IMG/VR virus record: IMGVR_UViG_3300038393_000340
Coordinates: 6,372-70,371 of that record
From: a virus
Lineage: Duplodnaviria; Caudoviricetes
Strand: one strand, 5' to 3'
Length of the DNA: 64,000 bases
Shown here: piece by piece, positions 34,991 to 45,200 of the stretch
Layout of the letters: the number at the start of each line of letters is the position of its first letter
Numbering within the stretch: the stretch's first letter is position 1
Made by a program: the position numbers and the translations under genes
Notes under the pieces: model-generated
Database searches by the model: none
What the model saw: only the letters and a program-made list of their open reading frames with translations
Told to the model about the DNA's origin: nothing

Positions 34991-37537
34991 TCAGGCTTTG
35001 TAGGCGCCCAGGTCGTACGGTGAAGTGCGGGTGGTGCCAATGAAATCCACCGAAGGTGCATAGGTGGCCAAACCACTTCCAATAGCCGGGGAGGCAATAC
35101 TCAAGTGGTAGTCGCCGCTTCCATCCGCTTGGTAGTTCACGAACAACGGCGATCCAGCCACATCATTGACGTGGGGGGACGTGTTCAGAGCCCAGTTGGT
35201 GGTGTTGGCGTTGCTCAGGTTGTTGCTCCACAGGTTGCTTGAGCCGTTATCCCCAAGTTCACGGAAGCCGACGCCCGAGTTGGAATAGGCGATGTTGTTG
35301 GTGAAGACCATGTTGTTGCACGGCGAAGACAGATTCACATAATCCCCACCGCCCACGATGAAGCCACCTTGACCGTTGGCAAACGAAGTATTGTTGTTGA
35401 CCTTCGTGTTGCGGACATCGTGCCAGCCATGGATACCCCAGCCGGTGACGTTGTGGACGATGTTGTTTTCAATCGTGCCGCCAACGGTGGTGTAGTACAC
35501 GCCTTGGACGTAGTTGCCGCCCACCCCACTGATAGGACCAATGTGATGCACGAGGTTGCGGGATGCCGTACCGCCCGTAGCACCGTAGGCGCTGTCCATC
35601 AAGATGCCTGCCCCACCACTGCTGGTGGCGTCATGGTTGCGTCCGATGTGATGCACATGATTGCGCGTAGCCACCGCTTGGGTGCCGGTCATGCGGATAC
35701 CAATGCGCCACACTGCGCCGGTAGTCGGGTCGGTGGTCCCGTCGATTTCAAAGCCATCGATGGTCACGTAGTCACCCTGGTGCTGCCAAGCCATGTCGAG
35801 GCTGGAGTTCGCGGTCGGGGGGACGATCTTCGCGCCCCACTGAGTGGAGGAAACGAACTTGATGGGGCTGGAAGACGTACCATCGGTGGTGCCGAAAATG
35901 GTTTCGGCATACGTTCCAGGAGCCACGGAAACGATGTCACCAGCCGTTGCCACATCGACGGCCTTCTGAATCGTGCGGAACGGGGCGCTGGAACTGGTGC
36001 CGCTGTTGGAGTCACTGCCGGTCGTGGATACAAACAGGGTTGCACCGGACACCCCGCCACCGCCACCACCGCTACCGCTACTTCCGGATACCAAGGTGGC
36101 TCCGCTGGAATCAACTGCATACGCGGTGGAATGGTTACGTCCAACAATGGGACTGACGCCGTAGATTTTGATTTTCATGGTAGTTTGTACCGATCCAAAG
36201 TCTGAGATTTGATCTGCGGAAGTGTAGACCGCCTTAAAATCGTAGGGAGCAAAATCCGGAGAGGGGGCAAATTCATCCGATCCGGTAACGGTGATGGTGC
36301 GTTTCACGCTGGAAAAAGTGGAGTCCCAAATTTCCACCGCATAGGTACGGATATCCTGTGCAGGAGTCAAGATGTAGTCATACGTGTCAAACTGAGGCTG
36401 CATGCGTATGGTCACATCCCCACCAAACCCGGTAGCAGACACTACCGTGGCAAAGGACCCATACTTCATGGCTTCTCCCACGGAAGTGAAGGGGACCACG
36501 GAGCCACTGGCGAGGTTCTGTCCAGAGGTCAGCACTTTATAAGTGAGGCTGGCGCCGATCAGGTCATTGGGAACGGTGGCCCGCAGCAAGGCATTCTGCT
36601 CCAACAGCACGAAGCGGTTGCCGATGGAGTGTCCATATGCCGCGTAGCGGGTGTAGCGGAGCCCACGTTTCAAGTTGGAAAGCTGGTAGGTGTTGGTGCC
36701 CGTCAAAGTGGCGGTCTTGAACTGAAAAATCTCCCATCCTTCGGATGACTCCAAGATAGCCAAATTGGCCCCACCGGAAAGGCCAATGTCCGTCGTGCTT
36801 TCGATGGTCCGGTTGCCATACAAGATGACTGTGACGGTATTGGTGGCGTCCAGGGAATCCCAGTCACTTACCGTGCCGCCAAGTACGTCGGTGGCGGTTC
36901 CGATAATGGCGTCAGTGACGGAAGTCAAATAGGGGTCATAGTTAGCCCCGCCATCCAAGGACTTGTAGACGACACCGCCAGCCCACACGGCACCTTGGCC
37001 GCACATGGCAACATAAAAACCCCCCGACACATCGATGTATCGCAAGGCAGGGATATCGAAGAACACGGCCACGGTGTCGCTCGATGCTTGATATACCTGC
37101 GTGGTGACGGTGGCGGGGGTAGTGACGGCATTTTGTTGGTAGACCGGCGAGTAGTCCGCCACGGCCTCCACTTCGATTTCACGGTTGCGGGCTTCCGTCA
37201 TCTTGGCGATGCGGACGACGTACTCCACCCCCGTGGTGAACTCGCGCAGGGTGAGCACGTCGGTGGGCTCCAGGTAGGCGTACATGCCGGGTAACTTGAA
37301 CTGGAAGCGGTCACGCTCCACCCACACGTTATACAGCAGCTTCTCCGCGATGTTGCGTCCGGTCACGTCATCGAACACGATGGGCGCATTCACGCTGGCC
37401 TTCTGAGAACTGGCCACAGCCATGCGCATGGCTTGCTGGCTACCCTTCTGATAGTCCGTGTTCACGTTGATGAACTGAACGTTCAAGACGTAGGGCAACT
37501 CGGATTCCTGTTGCCGGGTGATGGTGAATTGGCTCAT
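34991..37537 (-). CDS. GTA-type host-specificity or baseplate protein, C-terminal part, with beta-helix domain
   Basis: TITRQQESELP...DYQ...YLEPTDV, FDIPALR, EIFQF..A.L......LSNLKRG; C-terminal FVSTTGSDSNSG...PFRTIQKA beta-helix. Confidence 0.85.
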   Translation of the reverse strand: MSQFTITRQQESELPYVLNVQFINVNTDYQKGSQQAMRMAVASSQKASVNAPIVFDDVTGRNIAEKLLYNVWVERDRFQFKLPGMYAYLEPTDVLTLREFTTGVEYVVRIAKMTEARNREIEVEAVADYSPVYQQNAVTTPATVTTQVYQASSDTVAVFFDIPALRYIDVSGGFYVAMCGQGAVWAGGVVYKSLDGGANYDPYLTSVTDAIIGTATDVLGGTVSDWDSLDATNTVTVILYGNRTIESTTDIGLSGGANLAILESSEGWEIFQFKTATLTGTNTYQLSNLKRGLRYTRYAAYGHSIGNRFVLLEQNALLRATVPNDLIGASLTYKVLTSGQNLASGSVVPFTSVGEAMKYGSFATVVSATGFGGDVTIRMQPQFDTYDYILTPAQDIRTYAVEIWDSTFSSVKRTITVTGSDEFAPSPDFAPYDFKAVYTSADQISDFGSVQTTMKIKIYGVSPIVGRNHSTAYAVDSSGATLVSGSSGSGGGGGGVSGATLFVSTTGSDSNSGTSSSAPFRTIQKAVDVATAGDIVSVAPGTYAETIFGTTDGTSSSPIKFVSSTQWGAKIVPPTANSSLDMAWQHQGDYVTIDGFEIDGTTDPTTGAVWRIGIRMTGTQAVATRNHVHHIGRNHDATSSGGAGILMDSAYGATGGTASRNLVHHIGPISGVGGNYVQGVYYTTVGGTIENNIVHNVTGWGIHGWHDVRNTKVNNNTSFANGQGGFIVGGGDYVNLSSPCNNMVFTNNIAYSNSGVGFRELGDNGSSNLWSNNLSNANTTNWALNTSPHVNDVAGSPLFVNYQADGSGDYHLSIASPAIGSGLATYAPSVDFIGTTRTSPYDLGAYKA

Positions 37538-39864
37538 TGCTGGTCTTCCAATACCGTAAGGTTGCTTTCGATGGTCACCACGGGGGCGGCGCCACGCTTG
37601 ACAAACTTGACCTTGCCAGAGGACTCAACCGCATCGAAGAAATAGGCGGTGGAGAGGGGTTCTATGGCGGAGCGTCCTGTCATCCTGCTGGCCAAGGCAT
37701 ATCCCAACACATCATCAGTCAACTCGTCCACGTTGATTTGGCCCATGGTAAGCGCTTGGGTACGGGTGGAGATATCCGCCACGATCTCACCCAAGTTCAT
37801 CAGGTTATCCACGGTGCCCGCGCCCCACTGAAAGTGGGCGAAGGCATTACCACCGCTTTCATCTTCTATCACGATGTTATTGGGAATGACGGTGGGCAGT
37901 GATTGCAAGGAATCCGTGGAGAACACGTCACTCTGCATAACCACATCATAGGTTACCGGATCAAAAGCCATGAACCGCCAAGATTTGGGAGGACCTTCAC
38001 TGACAATAGTCCGTCCCCATATGGCGTCCGTGGCCGGGTCGTACACCAGGGTTTCTTGTGAACTGTAACCACCGTGGTTATCCACCAAGCTGCTGATGTT
38101 TGGGGTCGTGAGTTGGTTAAAGGTAGCCACTGCGGTCATGGCCGTGGCGTCAATGACCGTGACAGTCAACCCCCCGACAGTAGCGTCGGTGGCCTTGTAG
38201 TAGTGAAGGTGGTTCCTGTTTGAGTCATACGCCATGGCATTCAAGCCTTGCCCCCAGGGGTATGGAATCGCTGTGAGGGTATCGATGAAGGTCAAAGCGC
38301 CCGTCAACTTTTCCACTGCCGTCAACTTATGTTGGGTGCTCCCATCGTCGTTTCTCTTTCCAGAAACCACAAAGACGTGAGTGCTCCCCACGCACAATAA
38401 GCCATCTATTTGGTGGGCTCCAGCCGGGTCAACATCCACCGATGAACTGACTGAAAAATCAGTTCGGGAGACGTGATTTAAAATATGGCCCGCAGTACTG
38501 CCGTCTTCATACAGCCACCAGATGCTTCCATCTTGGTCCATGGCCATGGGGCCGAATGGTCCTTTCTTGTAAGTCCCAAGGAGGATATAGGGCTGCAAGT
38601 ATTCAAGAATGCATGCGCCAGTGGTGCCGTTGTACTTTCTCCACATCCCGTCATAGTCAGAATAGGTAACTACCGTGTCCGTACCGGCGTGGTAATCCGC
38701 ATAGTAGGGGAACGTGCCTACGGTGGGATCGTAGTATTCGTTTGAGTACGTGACTGAAGTGAGGGCGTTCCAAGAGGTCCCGTCAAAGTGGTAAGTCGAG
38801 GAGGCGGAATAATCCACCACGTACATGCCGCTGGTGGGGACGACGAATTCCCAAGTGCCATTCACCAGCCTTGCCAAGTTCCCGGCATGCCCAGCCCAGG
38901 ACCCGCTAGGGGCTCCACCCACCAGCAGGTACTCATTGAACTTGATGTTGAAGGGCGGGCTGTAATTTGGAGCAAACGCGGAATCCAAGGACGCTGGGGG
39001 CGCGTTATAGGTCGTGTCCATGGAAACCGACAACCACATTCCGGTTTCATTTGACGTGTACCCCACCACCTTCATGTCTTGGGAGGGGTCTAGGATGGCA
39101 AAATACCCCTTAGGAAAGTATTTTTTGTTCGTGTAGAACGGGGCTGTGAATTGCCACACCTTACCAGTCGAGGACACGTAAGGCATCGGGGTGTACGTCG
39201 AGCCGGGGTAAGTGTTGTCCCAGCCTCCGAGATCGATGGATACCGGATCGATGATTTCCGTGATGTAAGTCGGCTGTGCAATGGGACCCACTTCAAACGT
39301 CAAGTTGGGGATGCGATTGCCGTACTTGCTGAGTTCCAGGTCGGTGAACACGACATAAACTTGGCCCCGGTAGGCGGGGACGTTGCCCACCCCCAGCTTG
39401 GCTTCGATGGTGGGGTCAGGCAACTGGTCTTCCGTGCCCGTGTAAAAGACAAGGCTGGTGGCGGTGTAATGCTGTCTGAGAACATCCACGTCATAGATCA
39501 GCTTCCCATCCGCCCAAATCTTGCGCACGCCCTTGGTGCCCTCACAGATCGATACGGCAAAGGAACAGGTGTAGGAATAGCTGGTAGCACCGCCACCCCC
39601 GGAACCCCCTTCGGAGTGGGCGTGTTCTTTCAGGTCGTCCGCCCAAATCACCGTGCCCGAAATCCGCATTATGTTGTAGACGATGGGGATCATGCCTCCA
39701 TAGGTGGAGTCCTGCACCTTCAAGTCAGTCAAACGCGGACCGTCTTGTCCAGGCGGGGGGAACATGGCGGAGCCAAGGGCGGAACCGACCATGTAGCCCA
39801 GTCCGGGCATGCCGAACATGGAGCCAATCCCTGCTCCAACGATACCAAGTGCGGTAGATGCCAT
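37534..39864 (-). CDS. GTA-type host-specificity or baseplate protein, N-terminal part
   Basis: GPRL.DLKVQDSTYG..IP.VY...RISG.VIWA, FAVSICEG, VPAYRG..YVVF.DLEL..YGNRIPNLTFEV, RSAIEPL..AYFFDAVES.G. Confidence 0.88.
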   Translation of the reverse strand: MASTALGIVGAGIGSMFGMPGLGYMVGSALGSAMFPPPGQDGPRLTDLKVQDSTYGGMIPIVYNIMRISGTVIWADDLKEHAHSEGGSGGGGATSYSYTCSFAVSICEGTKGVRKIWADGKLIYDVDVLRQHYTATSLVFYTGTEDQLPDPTIEAKLGVGNVPAYRGQVYVVFTDLELSKYGNRIPNLTFEVGPIAQPTYITEIIDPVSIDLGGWDNTYPGSTYTPMPYVSSTGKVWQFTAPFYTNKKYFPKGYFAILDPSQDMKVVGYTSNETGMWLSVSMDTTYNAPPASLDSAFAPNYSPPFNIKFNEYLLVGGAPSGSWAGHAGNLARLVNGTWEFVVPTSGMYVVDYSASSTYHFDGTSWNALTSVTYSNEYYDPTVGTFPYYADYHAGTDTVVTYSDYDGMWRKYNGTTGACILEYLQPYILLGTYKKGPFGPMAMDQDGSIWWLYEDGSTAGHILNHVSRTDFSVSSSVDVDPAGAHQIDGLLCVGSTHVFVVSGKRNDDGSTQHKLTAVEKLTGALTFIDTLTAIPYPWGQGLNAMAYDSNRNHLHYYKATDATVGGLTVTVIDATAMTAVATFNQLTTPNISSLVDNHGGYSSQETLVYDPATDAIWGRTIVSEGPPKSWRFMAFDPVTYDVVMQSDVFSTDSLQSLPTVIPNNIVIEDESGGNAFAHFQWGAGTVDNLMNLGEIVADISTRTQALTMGQINVDELTDDVLGYALASRMTGRSAIEPLSTAYFFDAVESSGKVKFVKRGAAPVVTIESNLTVLEDQQ

Positions 39865-39866
39865 GG

Positions 39867-40316
39867 TTAATCCTCAATGGTTTTAAAGCGGAAGCAGGCA
39901 ACGATGCGGTTTTTCCACACGTCGTCAAGACGGTGTTCCACCACTTTTCTTGCGTGTGCGAAAGCATGAATGATATAGATTGGATTGCTTTCTGTCACTA
40001 TGCCGAAATGTTGCGGTTCTTCCACAAACTTGAAGATCAAGATGTCACCCTTGCGGACTTGGCTGAATGGTATGGGGTCTAGGAAGTAGTTGCACCCCTC
40101 CAGCAACAGCACGCCGTTGGGAGAGCGGCCATAGTTGGCATACTCTGGATTGTGGAAGTTATCCAACTGTTCTTGCGTGATCAGTCCGAGATTCAGGGCC
40201 GTTCCAACCACGAGATTGATGCAATCCACCCCAACACCCTTGAGCCTGCCTTGATGAATCCAGCGGGTCCCCATCCATGTACGGGCCTCATCCACCACTT
40301 GTTGTCGCGTTGCCAT
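39867..40316 (-). CDS. NlpC/P60 family phage cell-wall peptidase
   Basis: EAR.W.GT...HQGR.KGVGVDC..LV, GDIL.F....PQHFGI, IHA. Confidence 0.92.
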   Translation of the reverse strand: MATRQQVVDEARTWMGTRWIHQGRLKGVGVDCINLVVGTALNLGLITQEQLDNFHNPEYANYGRSPNGVLLLEGCNYFLDPIPFSQVRKGDILIFKFVEEPQHFGIVTESNPIYIIHAFAHARKVVEHRLDDVWKNRIVACFRFKTIED

Positions 40317-40343
40317 AGGTCATCCTTTGTGCAATCAATTGCG

Positions 40344-41537
40344 TCACTCAGTGTCAGGCGGGCTACCCACAGCCATCAACTGGTCGGCGCCCGGCAAGTG
40401 AGGCTCGCCACGGAAATTAACCACGTTGTTGTATCTGGTCTTGCAATCCTCGTTGACCCTCTTCCCGCACCCGGCAATGATGGTGTAGGTGTCGCCCACA
40501 GCCACTTGGTAGGGCATCGGCAATTGCAGTTCGATGGTGCCGGGGTGGTAGCTCTTGACTTCCATCGACAGCCCGGAGTTCAGCCCCGAGTTGAAGGTCA
40601 TCAGGCCATAGTCGAAGTACCCGGCATCCCCGTAAGGGGTGGCAGTGCCTCCGCTCACGTAGTCCGAATACACAAGGCTCCATTCCGGGCCAGTAGTCGG
40701 GTCGTTGCTCCCATTGCGGGTGTCGAGGTTGATGGAGAAATGGTCGGCGTCGATCACATCGATTCCGTAGGTGTAGCCATTGATGGATGCTCCACTGCCG
40801 GGGTAGAAGGTGCTGCCATCACTGGAACCCGACCGCACCACCCCCACCACCTCGCTGATAAAGACGTTGGAGCCCGAACCAAAGCCATGGCCCACGCACG
40901 TGACCACGGCGCGCTTGGCGCGGGATATACCCGTGATCGCCTTGCCCCCTGTCGGCCCTGCTTCCGTGCGGCTGGAATCCGTGATAACGCGGTTGGTGGT
41001 GTCTACACCTTGCACGGTGCCGGTCTTGGTGTACGGGGTCAAGTCCACCTTGCACTTGGCGTCACCGAACTTGGCGCGGCACAGGGGGGCATACAGGTCA
41101 CCAATGTTGTTCACATAGGCTTGGGTCATCCCGCGCATTTCAGCGAGGAAGGAAGTCCCCTTGATCGTGATTTGGCCCAACGTGCCCGTCTTCTGGATCA
41201 GAATCCCCATGGACAGGTCTTCATAGTTGACCCAAAAGACTTGGACGGCGGCATTGTCCCACAACCCGGCCAGCAAGTCTTCTTCAGTCACCATGCCCCC
41301 GTCAAGGATGGCCTGCACCTCCAACGTGTCCACGGCCAGCATGTTGGACGACTCGATGGCAGTCGGCGTGTACCCGGAGGACGAGTGGTACGTCACCCCG
41401 GATACGACGAGGTTGCGGGTATGGTCAGTGAAGCCCAGTACCGTACCATTCTTGAGGGTGACTTTCCAGCAGGTTGCGAGGGTCGTCACCGTCTTGGCAA
41501 GGTGGGCCTTGAGTGCAGCGGAAATGGTCTTCATCAC
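40344..41537 (-). CDS. GTA-type tail hub protein (DUF2163/BR0599 family) with an inserted domain
   Basis: TTLATCWKV...G.VLGFTDH.R.L, DL.AGLWDNA.V, C.A.FGDAKC, AGC.K...DCK.RYNN..NFRGEPHLPG. Confidence 0.9.
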   Translation of the reverse strand: MMKTISAALKAHLAKTVTTLATCWKVTLKNGTVLGFTDHTRNLVVSGVTYHSSSGYTPTAIESSNMLAVDTLEVQAILDGGMVTEEDLLAGLWDNAAVQVFWVNYEDLSMGILIQKTGTLGQITIKGTSFLAEMRGMTQAYVNNIGDLYAPLCRAKFGDAKCKVDLTPYTKTGTVQGVDTTNRVITDSSRTEAGPTGGKAITGISRAKRAVVTCVGHGFGSGSNVFISEVVGVVRSGSSDGSTFYPGSGASINGYTYGIDVIDADHFSINLDTRNGSNDPTTGPEWSLVYSDYVSGGTATPYGDAGYFDYGLMTFNSGLNSGLSMEVKSYHPGTIELQLPMPYQVAVGDTYTIIAGCGKRVNEDCKTRYNNVVNFRGEPHLPGADQLMAVGSPPDTE

Positions 41538-42190
41538 ACCTCCGGATGCAGTTCAACGATGGGTAGGCCGGACACGCCAAACAAGCGCTCCCCTGTCTCG
41601 TCGTCGTAGGCCATGAAGGTGGACTCAAAGCGGTCAACATCGAAGCGCACCGGCAGATCGAATTCTCCCGACCACGCCATGGTGGTGCTGAATGACGTGC
41701 CATTGAAGGTGGTCGGGTCAACGCCCCCGGTCCCGGCGATTTGGCCCTTGGTGTAGTCGATAGTGCCTGACACCCCATGCAGTGTGATCGTTCCTTGTAC
41801 CGGCTTGGTGATGATGCGGTAGGTGACGAAGCTGCCCAACCAATACAGGCGCACCATCTGAAGCACGCCAGTGGCGATCTGGATGAAGCCCCCGGTGGGC
41901 AGGAAGGTATCCCCAACGCCAGGGTAGACGGTTTGGAAGTCTGCCCAGTCCTTGAAACGGAACCCCCCAGCCCTGCCCCGACGATTGCGGAACAGGGCGA
42001 TGAGGTCGTCGATTTGGGACTTCTTCAACAAATCCTCTCCGATTTCCCAACGCCCCCGGCTGTCCAGCCAGTTGGAATTGCGAAACTCTTGGCCCGAAGT
42101 CACCGTCGTTACATCGGTGTTGAACTCCGGACCACCTACAGTGCCGTAGCGAATCTCAGTGTTGAACCGAGGCGATTCCAGAAAATCCAT
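41534..42190 (-). CDS. GTA-type distal tail protein (DUF2460/TIGR02217-like)
   Basis: GGPEF.TDV....SGQE.RN..W...R, LF..RRGR..GFRFKDW.D, GEFD.PVRFD.D. Confidence 0.9.
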   Translation of the reverse strand: MDFLESPRFNTEIRYGTVGGPEFNTDVTTVTSGQEFRNSNWLDSRGRWEIGEDLLKKSQIDDLIALFRNRRGRAGGFRFKDWADFQTVYPGVGDTFLPTGGFIQIATGVLQMVRLYWLGSFVTYRIITKPVQGTITLHGVSGTIDYTKGQIAGTGGVDPTTFNGTSFSTTMAWSGEFDLPVRFDVDRFESTFMAYDDETGERLFGVSGLPIVELHPEV

Positions 42191-42200
42191 GACTACTCCT

Positions 42201-45200
42201 TCAGTTATTGCGGCGGATGGCTCGGTTCACTTGTTGCCCAGTCTTGGAAGCGATCTGGTCTTGAGAGCGGCGGAAGCTGTTTGCATCCGGAGTCACCACC
42301 GTCATATTCACGTTCACAGGGCGGGAATGCGTAGTGTTTCCGACATGCATTTCCGAAACGTAACCCCCGGTAGCATACTGCGGCGTGGTGGGAATGTCGA
42401 TATTCAAGCCGGAAAACATCGTGCTCAGTGTCGTATCCAAAACACCAGTCCGCATGGCTTCCAGCAGCGGCAGGTATTGCGCCGTCTTTTCCGCCGTCAT
42501 CACGTACTCACCATGGGACAGACGGGCCGGGATGGAGTCCGACGTGCCCGTGCCAGGACCAGAGACCATACCGCCATCAGCGAACAGGGCTTCAGCCACC
42601 GTTGCCGCTGCGTCACCCTCACCTCCGCCACCAAACAGGGAAGCGATGGACGACAGGAATCCACCTCCGGAGCCACCACCCGAACCACTGAAGAAGTTCA
42701 TGATGGTGCTACCGAAGTTGGAAAAGAACGACGACAGGGTGTCCCCGATGCTGCCACTCATGGAGTCGATGTCTTCCTTGGAGTTATCCCCAACATCCTT
42801 GAAGCCTTTCGACAGGTTTTCTCCCAGCCCCTTGACCAACGGTTGAACCAGTTTCGGTCCCAGCAGTTGGGTGATGGTGGCGGCAAAGGTTCCAGCAGGG
42901 CCACCGAGTTTCTGGCCAATAGCTTGTCCCAGCGCAGCGGAAATCGGGGCGGCGGTGGTATTGGCGAAGCCATCCACCTTGTCGATGGGCGCCTTGTCTG
43001 CCGGGCTCAAGCCGTTGACTTGGGTGATGTCGGCGTTGGAATCCACTCCGCTCACCGAGGTAGAGGTCTGCCCAGCCTGAGGGCTCACGATGGAGTGCAA
43101 CTGTATCTGAGCCTGTGCAACTGATTGCGCGAAGTTGGTCAGTTGCTCCGTGGAAGTCTTCGTAGCCTGGATCGATTCCGTCGTGGCGGTCGTGTTCTCC
43201 TTGGTCGTGTCGGTATCTGCCTTGGCAGCTTCCACTTGCTCACGGGTAGCCGAGATCACGACTTGCTGGATTTGATCTTCCTTGGCGGCAGCGACATCGG
43301 CCTTGGAGCCAGTCACCACAACAACAGGCATGGGCTTGTCGGCGGTCGGGAGGAACAGGTTGGAACCCGTGCCCAGCTTCGCCACGTAATCCTGAGTCTC
43401 CTTGTTTTGTGCGTAAGGAAGTCCCTTGGCGATGGCCTTGTCGGTGTTGCCCGGACCAGCGTTGTAGGCGGACAACGCTTTGTCGAGGTCTCCGCTGTAC
43501 TTCTCCAGTTGTTGGGCCAGATACTTGGCGCCCGCCATCACATTTTTGGCGGGGTCCATCATATCCCCATGGTCGTAGCCCAAGTCCTTGTAGGTGTCCG
43601 GCATCAACTGCATGAGACCTTCGGCACCAGACGGCGACTTGGCGTACGGGTTCATCCCGCTTTCCTTGAGCGCCATGTAGCGCAGGAAGTCGCCATTCAG
43701 GTTGTACTTGTCCAGTCCAGCAGACTTAGCAGCCTCGTCAAAGGCCGGGATCATGGCCAGCGAATCCACCGGCTTGTTGCCTCGTCCCAGCAGCGAATTT
43801 GCCGTGGTGGTATCGAACGGAACCAGTCCGCCCGGAGTGCCTTCGTTGCCCTGCCCCGGCGTCCCCTGCACCGACGTGTTGTTGTTCGACCGGGAAGCCA
43901 TGGTTGCCGTGTTCTGCGCAATCAATTGCAGTTGCGTGAGCATGCTGTCGGCGGTCGTCAGCAGTTGCGGCGGGATGGCGTCCTTGGTCGGGTCAACGTT
44001 CTTGATCCACAGCGGGCCAGATGGGGAAGCGCCAAGGTCAGGCTTCTCCTGTTGCGGCTTGCCGGTCACCAGCGCAGCGATCTGCTGGAAGAAACCACCT
44101 TCACCGCCTTGGGCGCCCTGCTTCATCGACTTGACGAAGTTCTCCGCCACATCCTTGGTCAGCACCTTCAGGATTTGGGAGTTCAGGTCACGGAAGATGT
44201 CGAAGAAGGCTTGCTTGAACGATTTCGTGTGCTCGATGACTGCTTGGAGATTACTGGCGAACGAATCCGCGAAGGTCTTCTCCAGTTGGCCACCCACGTT
44301 CACGATGGAATCGCGAAGCTGGTACATCTGCTTCGTCAACTCCATGGCCTTCAGGTTCATTTCGTTGGCGCTGGTGACATTCCCCATGCTGAGGTAGGCG
44401 TCACGAGCGGCCAGGATGCCTTCACGCTCCTGCTTCAACAGGTCGAGGCGATCACGGATGTTGGCGTTCAGGGCCTCTTGGGCATCCAGAGTCGTGGCCA
44501 AGCCATCGTCACGAGCCGAATTAACTTCGGCATCCAACAAGTCGAGGAACGAGCGCTTCAACTGCAATTCGGAATCTTGGCGCTTCAGCGTCAGTTCCGT
44601 CATCTTGGTTTGAAGGTCCAGTTCTGCCTTGCGCTTGGCAAGGATGATGTCTTCAGCCGATGCCGTGGACCCGAGGGACACCAGTTCATCACGCAGGCTG
44701 CGCGCCACCTCACTGCGGATGGCCACTTCCTCATGGCCATAGCGCGTGTTGATGTCTTCACGAAGCTGCGCAATCAATTGCTCGCCGTGGACCTGCGTGT
44801 TGTAGGTCTCCACCAGCAGGGCTTGGCGTTCCTTCTGAGCATTGATTTCCGACTGTTGGATACGGGCACGCTCCGCCGTGATCTGTGCGTCAATCGCGGC
44901 TTGGGCGTTCGGATCGGTCGTCAGCGTCTTCTTGATTTGCAGGTCGGCGATCTTGGCGACAGACAGGCGCTTGTCATCCTCCAACCCATCGTCAATCAGT
45001 TTGGAGCGGTTGGCGAAGTACGAGCGCAGGTTCTCCAACCCGTTTTCCAAGCGGAAGCGCTCGTTGGACAGGTCGATGTCAAACAGAGCCTTACGGCGGC
45101 TGATGTCTTCCTGAAGACGGGTGACGCGGAATTCCGATTCCTGTTTGGACTGGGTGCGATGGAATGCAAGAGCCTTGGCCCCACCAGCAGCTTCAGCGGC

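Noticed and set aside
28592-39864. Diversity-generating retroelement acting on tail fibres
   Set aside because: No reverse transcriptase, and no near-identical template/variable repeat pair seen; the shared beta-helix entry motifs are diverged at the DNA level.
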